Part shown: one piece after another, positions 58,514 to 64,000 of the stretch | How positions within the stretch are numbered: the stretch's first letter is position 1 | Layout of the letters: every line of letters begins with the position of its first letter | Assembly: GCA_965197745.1 (NCBI GenBank) | Contig: CBDANS010000006.1 | Coordinates: forward strand, 384,001-448,000 | Source of the DNA: Opitutales bacterium | GTDB taxonomy: Bacteria > Verrucomicrobiota > Verrucomicrobiia > Opitutales > PNEW01 | DNA: 64,000 nucleotides | Direction of reading: 5' to 3' | Program-made: the position numbers and the translations under genes | The notes under the pieces: generated by a model | Seen by the model: only the letters and a program-made list of their open reading frames with translations | The model's database searches: none | What the model was told of the DNA's origin: nothing

Positions 58514-61465
58514 ATGTCCTCCTCTCTTCGCCTCTACTTGGCTTCCAGCTTCGAACAAGCCTGGGTAGAGGTGCTCGTCCCCTGGTTTAAGAAAGCCGTC
58601 TCTCACGCCTCTCAAAACACTCTACCTTGCGCTGCCGTTGTCCCTTCTCACGCTCTTGCCAGTCTTCTCAAAGCGCGTCTCGTCGAGGCAAATATCCCTC
58701 TTTATAATATCTATTTGTGGACCCCGGAGGACTTGGGAAAATACCTGCGTACTATTTATTTAAGCAGTAAAAAAATTGCGCTGCGGGAGGATTTGCGTCT
58801 GCTTATGTCTGCCGCCGCAGATGAGTTTTCAAACCAACCTGCCGCTAATGCTGTCGCTTCCAACCCTGACGATCTTCTCCTCGCTTACGATACCCTTTTG
58901 CGGGCCGCTCACGATAAAATGTCACTGACTAGTGAATTAGGTCGTGGGATACTCTCCCGATTTGAGAAAATGCTCACCCAATCGGGGCTTTTGAGTGAAC
59001 CACAAGCGGAACGCTTAATGGCCGAAGGCCATGCAGAAGAAGGGCGCTTAATCTCACTCCTCCTTTATGGATTTGGCGGTCGTGAATGGCGTTATTTATC
59101 GCTCTTGCAGGCGGCAAAAAAATCAGCTGAAAAAGTTACCCTATGTCTGTCTGATAGTCGATGTGAGAGCGATCGTTTATGGCAGGCGACGTTGGAGGAG
59201 ATTTATGGTGAGGTGCAACTCGTTTCCAATCCGGAGGAAGATACAAAATCCCCCTTCAGGATCACGGCTCAATTATTAGAATTAGATAGTCGAGGCGAAT
59301 TCGAGCCGGATCAAAATCCTGTCATCTATAGAATCGCTGCGAACATAAGAGAGGAAGCCATAGCCGTCGTCGCACAGGGATTACAATTTTTGATGCAGCC
59401 CAATTGCCGTCGTCTTGGTATTGTTCTCCCTAAACATTCAGCAGTAGCACGGGAAGTATCAGCCTGTCTGATTCAGTTTGAAATACCCCACCATGATACG
59501 ATCGGGCATTACCCTGTGCAACCGGATCGACAGGCACTTCTCAATCGATGGCTGGATTTTCAAAACGATCCTCGATTATCCCCTATTATAAGTTTTCTTC
59601 ACTTATGTCGGGAGCAACATATAGTCACGGTGGTAGACGCCATCAAAATCGAAGCTTATATTAAACGGACCTATGAAACATTAATGACCGATGACTTTAG
59701 GGTAATACGTTCCTGGCTGCATGATAACGAACCTGAGGGAGTCGGTTCGATTTTTTTGGATTCCTGGCAGCTGCTCCCCACACATGCCACGATGGTTGAC
59801 TTTCTCACTTTATCGGTCGATGCCCTCAGCGCTCTCGGCTGGAAAAGTGAAGTAGAGAGCTTGCCGTCGAATACCCCCAGTTTGAGCAAAGTCCTCAACA
59901 CCCCGATCGACCGTCGCCATTTTCTTAAATGGCTGGGTGATATATTGCGCACCCCTGGCCGCAATCGCCACCCCTTAGGGCGCCATTCGCTCTCGCCGCT
60001 TCAGCTCCTCTCCTATGATCAAATTGGGGATCAATCTTTCAGTCACCTGGTTTTAGCCGGTTTAAACCAAGGGGCATGGCCATTTGAAACCCCCACCAAC
60101 CTGTTTCTCTCGGACACCCATCTGGACAGGTTGAATAGAACCGTTGTTCAACAGGGTTCCCAAGGTGAAGGGCATCAGGTAGTGATAAAAGGGCGGGGAT
60201 ATCTTCTCACGATGGAAGAAAAGCGGTTACAGGCGAAAGCTGAATTTATAAACCTCCTTGAAACGGTGAGTGAAGGGTTAGCGGTTTCTGCCAGTTTATC
60301 AGCAGAAAATGATTTCAATCAATCAGCGTTGGTCAGCGATCTTCTTCTGAGACTTTACTGGGCAGATCGTGGTTCCTTTCTCGATGATCGACAAATGCAG
60401 AGCATAAGTCGTGAAACAGCCGCACGGTGTGAAAAGTTCAGTCAGTTGCTCCCTGAGAGGACACCGGGCATCGAACGCATGCTGCATGCATTTAATATTC
60501 GACGAGACCTCAATAAACCATTCGGGGAATTTGAATTCAGTTTTCAATCTCCACCTCGGGGAGGCATCCGATTATCTTGTAAAAGATTTGAAGATATTCT
60601 CAGGAGACCGGCTGCGGTATGGTTGGAGAGTGTACTACAGGCACGCAAACCGTCGGATTATAACCAGTCAATCCAGCTGCCGTTAGTGATTGGGAACTGG
60701 GTGCATCGATGGTTGCGTTTTTCCTTAATCCAGGGATTTTCCCCTATCCTGAAAGAGGAGGAGTGGGAAGCTAAAGTGTATGATCACGCCCATTCTCTTC
60801 GTGACAATGTAGCCCGTGCCTACGCAAAAGCGGACCGTGAATTGCCGGACTGGTGGAACGCATGCTGGTCCGAGGCTTTTCATTATGGGAAAAACCTGGT
60901 GAATTGTGTTTCTCAAGTAGAGGGATGGCCTTTCGTTGCTGCTGAATTTAATTTACCTGAAAATACAGTTGGACTCGCCGGCGATGATATTCAACTGCCA
61001 TTGAGTGGTCGTATAGACCTGGTGTTGTCCACAGAGTGTATTTCCGATATTCGAAAAAAAAATGAGTTTACAAATAATACGCAATTTTGGGTTGTCGATT
61101 TCAAAACGGGAAACGACAAAGCGCTCAGCACTTCGTTACTAAAGAAAGGTGAAGGGGTGCAAATTGCCCTCTATGCGCTGGCGCTCCACTCCAGGGGATG
61201 TAATAAAATCTGGGCCAGTACACTGCAACCTAATGGTGAACTGAGTAAACAATTGAGTCTCGAAAATATATTGGAACTTGGGGATCTGTGGGAAGGACTC
61301 GCCGCTATTCAACATAGCGGTGTATTCGGAATGACAGGGCCAATCTATTCCCGTTTCGCTTTCGTCGGTGATTACCCCATCGCGACCCTTTCAATCAGCG
61401 AAGATATTCTCAATGCTAAATGGAATATGTCTCATCCGCTCCTAACCCTCACACAGGGATCCTGA
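58514..61465 (+). CDS. addB: AddB-like subunit: inactive helicase scaffold plus C-terminal PD-(D/E)XK nuclease
   Basis: GLNQGAWP, GRIDLV...VVDFKTG...QIALYALA; directly upstream of a UvrD-type helicase. Confidence 0.75.
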   Translation: MSSSLRLYLASSFEQAWVEVLVPWFKKAVSHASQNTLPCAAVVPSHALASLLKARLVEANIPLYNIYLWTPEDLGKYLRTIYLSSKKIALREDLRLLMSAAADEFSNQPAANAVASNPDDLLLAYDTLLRAAHDKMSLTSELGRGILSRFEKMLTQSGLLSEPQAERLMAEGHAEEGRLISLLLYGFGGREWRYLSLLQAAKKSAEKVTLCLSDSRCESDRLWQATLEEIYGEVQLVSNPEEDTKSPFRITAQLLELDSRGEFEPDQNPVIYRIAANIREEAIAVVAQGLQFLMQPNCRRLGIVLPKHSAVAREVSACLIQFEIPHHDTIGHYPVQPDRQALLNRWLDFQNDPRLSPIISFLHLCREQHIVTVVDAIKIEAYIKRTYETLMTDDFRVIRSWLHDNEPEGVGSIFLDSWQLLPTHATMVDFLTLSVDALSALGWKSEVESLPSNTPSLSKVLNTPIDRRHFLKWLGDILRTPGRNRHPLGRHSLSPLQLLSYDQIGDQSFSHLVLAGLNQGAWPFETPTNLFLSDTHLDRLNRTVVQQGSQGEGHQVVIKGRGYLLTMEEKRLQAKAEFINLLETVSEGLAVSASLSAENDFNQSALVSDLLLRLYWADRGSFLDDRQMQSISRETAARCEKFSQLLPERTPGIERMLHAFNIRRDLNKPFGEFEFSFQSPPRGGIRLSCKRFEDILRRPAAVWLESVLQARKPSDYNQSIQLPLVIGNWVHRWLRFSLIQGFSPILKEEEWEAKVYDHAHSLRDNVARAYAKADRELPDWWNACWSEAFHYGKNLVNCVSQVEGWPFVAAEFNLPENTVGLAGDDIQLPLSGRIDLVLSTECISDIRKKNEFTNNTQFWVVDFKTGNDKALSTSLLKKGEGVQIALYALALHSRGCNKIWASTLQPNGELSKQLSLENILELGDLWEGLAAIQHSGVFGMTGPIYSRFAFVGDYPIATLSISEDILNAKWNMSHPLLTLTQGS

Positions 61466-61477
61466 AAACACAATTCC

Positions 61478-64000
61478 ATGACTGAAATATTATCAGATAG
61501 TGCTAATCGCCATAGGTTTGTGCATGAATTTAATCATAATTTTTCCGTTCATGCCCCGGCCGGTGTCGGTAAAACCAAAGCTATTGTTGACCGAATAGTC
61601 AATATTGCATTGAATGATAGTGAAAGTGAGCATACCCTCCTGCAGCGTCTGGTAATAGTCACTTACACAAAAAAAGCGGCTGACGAGATGCAACACCGCA
61701 CACGCAACGCGATCATGGAAAAAGGCGTGGGACCCGACGTGGTAAATCGACTGAACCAGGCTTACTTCGGAACGATTCACAGTTATTGCCTGGAGTTGCT
61801 CAGGCAGCAAGGATCCCTCCTGGGGTTGCCTGCGACGATCGAAATAGCGGAGAGCGAAGATCTGCTGTGGGAGCAGTTTATCCGAAGTTCAGATCTATTA
61901 ACCGCTATTCTTCCCGAAGAGGCGCGCCTTTATTTTTTACGCCACACACGATTGGATTCGATATTCCAACTTGCCCGCAAATTAAAGTTTCCGGTTGAAA
62001 AGGGGCAGGAAAAAAAGGTCCCCCCCCAACCTGAACTCGATTTTGATCCTGTATTTCAATGTCCGCCAAATAAGAGGTCTAAAGGCAATGTAGAAACCGG
62101 CCAGGAAATATTGCGGCGTTGGCTGGAGGTGGAAGCCGATGGCGACGGCTATAATCCCATACCCGTCTATGAAAAAGGGGGCAAAGATTTCCAGGAAATA
62201 TGGAGCAACAGTTTCATCCCTTTAAGAAACTGGTTAGGGAAAACCGCTATCGTATTAATAAGCCATGTGTCACAAGAATATTTAAAATTTCGGATTGCCC
62301 AGGGTCTGCTCACATACGGGGATCTCGTGGAATTGGTATTGGAATTATTGAAGGATGTGCAAGTTGGAGGGGAAATCCGGGCAGAGGGTAAATGTGTTAT
62401 ACTCGACGAAGCCCAGGACACGGATCCGAGTCAATTCAAAGTCTTGACTGAAATTGCGCGTCCTGAGAGCGCACAAGGTGTCTGGATAAACGGCGATGAT
62501 CAACCGCCGGAGGCAGGTCGCTTTTGTATGGTTGGTGATCCCCAACAATCTATTTACGGCAGCCGTGCGGATCTTGTCGTATATCAACAACTGCACCAAA
62601 AGTTTCTAAAAGAAAATGCCGCAGAAGAGTTGATCTTTGAAGTGACCTTTCGCTGTGCTGAGCGCATTGTTGATGCCGTTAATCTATTCTTTCCCCAGGT
62701 TCTCAAGGGAACTGGTAAAATAGGTGAGCAAGTAAAATTTGTTCCTTTAAAAGCCAGACCGGATGCAGAAAAAGGTCAGCTATTCCGAGCTATTTTGGAT
62801 CGTCCTGGAGAGATTGAGCAATCAAGGCGGCAGGGTGTTGTAGCACTCTCCTATGCTACCGCATTAGCCAACTGGCTGAAAAGAATTAAACCCGAGGATT
62901 TAGGAGCGCGAAGCTGGTCCGACGTTGCCATTCTCTGCCCACGAAACGAATGGCTGGAGACACTTGACGTCGAGCTGAAGGCCGCGGGCTTCGCCACTCA
63001 ACTGCTCTCACGTTCAGACCGTATGGGCAATAACCCGACATACGCGTGGTTCACCTCCCTTATGGCGATCATTAGCGAACCGGAAAATGCTTTTGAAATT
63101 GCCGGTGTCCTTCGTGAATTTTTCGGAATATCCGATCACGATCTGGTGGCCTATTATCAATTTTGGAAAAGTCATCACGAACAGTACCCCCCGACAACCC
63201 ATGCCTTGCAGATACTCCATCCTGTTGAGGGGGATGGGTGCGTAGCCGAAACGCTGAACCTGCTTGCCCGATCCCGTCAGAAAGCGATGACGATGCCCCT
63301 TCGTGAAGCCGTTGCTTATCTCGTTGATGCGGTCCAATTGCGCCATCGCCTCGTGATGCTTCCCCTCAGCTACCCCAGTGAGACTAACACCCTGCTCGAT
63401 CATCTGATAGCGCAATCAGCGGTGGCTGAAGGGGAGAGAATGTCTTTAGCGGAATGGACCTATTCGCTTGTGAACGGGTTAGATAATCAAATCGATAGTG
63501 GTTCCCTTCTCCCCGATCATATTCAACTGCTCTCCACACATAAAGCCAAAGGCCTGGAATGGGATGCCGTTTTACTCCCCTTCTTTTTTCGCCAGATTAA
63601 CTATGCACACGGTAACTATCCAAGACTCAACTATGAACAGGGACAGAAAAGTCTGACTGTAACTCTAGATAAACAGCATGATACTAATACTTATAGAGAG
63701 CAGTTAGATAAGGGGCAGCACCAGGAGTTGGATCGCCTGCTCTATGTCGCTATAACACGCGCGCGTCAGACCCTTGTTCTTTTCAATGATGAATCGTTTT
63801 TTCCTCCAGAAAAAAATTCTTTTGGAACCCGGTTAAAAGTTAACCTGAACGAGACTAACCATGAACATTGGATCGCACTCCCTACGGGCCTTCATACGGA
63901 TACTGAATCAGAGGCTGGCGTCGATCGAGATGTTGTTACCGAGAATGTTGATGAGAAAAAGATCTCTCCCTTTGACTCGACGATATTAAAGAGTGCCCGC
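61478..64000 (+). CDS. addA: UvrD/AddA-type ATP-dependent helicase (runs off the right edge)
   Basis: Not in the ORF track. From ATG 61478: APAGVGKT, VTYTKKAA, GTIHSY, ILDEAQDT, VGDPQQSIY, STHKAKGLEW, RLLYVAITRAR. Confidence 0.88.
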   Translation, partial: MTEILSDSANRHRFVHEFNHNFSVHAPAGVGKTKAIVDRIVNIALNDSESEHTLLQRLVIVTYTKKAADEMQHRTRNAIMEKGVGPDVVNRLNQAYFGTIHSYCLELLRQQGSLLGLPATIEIAESEDLLWEQFIRSSDLLTAILPEEARLYFLRHTRLDSIFQLARKLKFPVEKGQEKKVPPQPELDFDPVFQCPPNKRSKGNVETGQEILRRWLEVEADGDGYNPIPVYEKGGKDFQEIWSNSFIPLRNWLGKTAIVLISHVSQEYLKFRIAQGLLTYGDLVELVLELLKDVQVGGEIRAEGKCVILDEAQDTDPSQFKVLTEIARPESAQGVWINGDDQPPEAGRFCMVGDPQQSIYGSRADLVVYQQLHQKFLKENAAEELIFEVTFRCAERIVDAVNLFFPQVLKGTGKIGEQVKFVPLKARPDAEKGQLFRAILDRPGEIEQSRRQGVVALSYATALANWLKRIKPEDLGARSWSDVAILCPRNEWLETLDVELKAAGFATQLLSRSDRMGNNPTYAWFTSLMAIISEPENAFEIAGVLREFFGISDHDLVAYYQFWKSHHEQYPPTTHALQILHPVEGDGCVAETLNLLARSRQKAMTMPLREAVAYLVDAVQLRHRLVMLPLSYPSETNTLLDHLIAQSAVAEGERMSLAEWTYSLVNGLDNQIDSGSLLPDHIQLLSTHKAKGLEWDAVLLPFFFRQINYAHGNYPRLNYEQGQKSLTVTLDKQHDTNTYREQLDKGQHQELDRLLYVAITRARQTLVLFNDESFFPPEKNSFGTRLKVNLNETNHEHWIALPTGLHTDTESEAGVDRDVVTENVDEKKISPFDSTILKSAR

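Noticed and set aside
61493..63415. Several short ORFs listed in the track
   Set aside because: All lie within the long addA frame, which is missing from the track, probably because it has no stop inside the window.
1..64000. CRISPR arrays, tRNA/rRNA genes, prophage or defence islands
   Set aside because: No regularly spaced repeats, cloverleaf/T-loop patterns, or phage or defence genes were recognised by eye; a tRNAscan/Rfam run would be needed to exclude small RNAs.

Overview
Gene-dense bacterial chromosomal segment, most likely from a Verrucomicrobiota (Opitutia-like) organism. This is inferred from the style of the TonB-dependent receptor N-terminus, the C-terminal domain of two large secreted proteins, the REP-like repeats and a UBact-type proteasome operon. 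Left to right: a hopanoid/isoprenoid cluster (partial ispH, single-enzyme squalene synthase, shc, hpnG, hpnA, then ino1, a stand-alone inositol-phosphate cytidylyltransferase and dxs); three PhyH-family dioxygenases with a lactonase and an SDR; two tandem paralogous secreted proteins separated by REP-like palindromes; SulP and aat; a complete IS1595-family element (24-bp TIRs, 8-bp target duplication) with a frameshifted passenger gene; housekeeping genes (yyaL-like, pyrC, dcd, NhaC-family, TBDR, tatD, two DUF3179); a degenerate attC-like hairpin; a Fur-family-led sufCBD-sufT operon with tandem Fur-box-like sites; sulfatase, thiolase, fcl and gmd; a complete arc-dop-ubact-prcB-prcA-pafA tagging/20S proteasome operon whose 58-aa modifier (ending RTGQ) is absent from the ORF track; a TPR protein, an OsmC-family protein and addB/addA (addA runs off the window). 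The proteasome operon belongs to a described but little-characterised class. The less explained items are its charge-reversed tag/ATPase pair, the ATPase lacking an HbYX tail, and the CDP-inositol genes within the hopanoid cluster. No rRNA, tRNA or CRISPR array was recognised. All calls are from motif recognition by eye; no searches were run.
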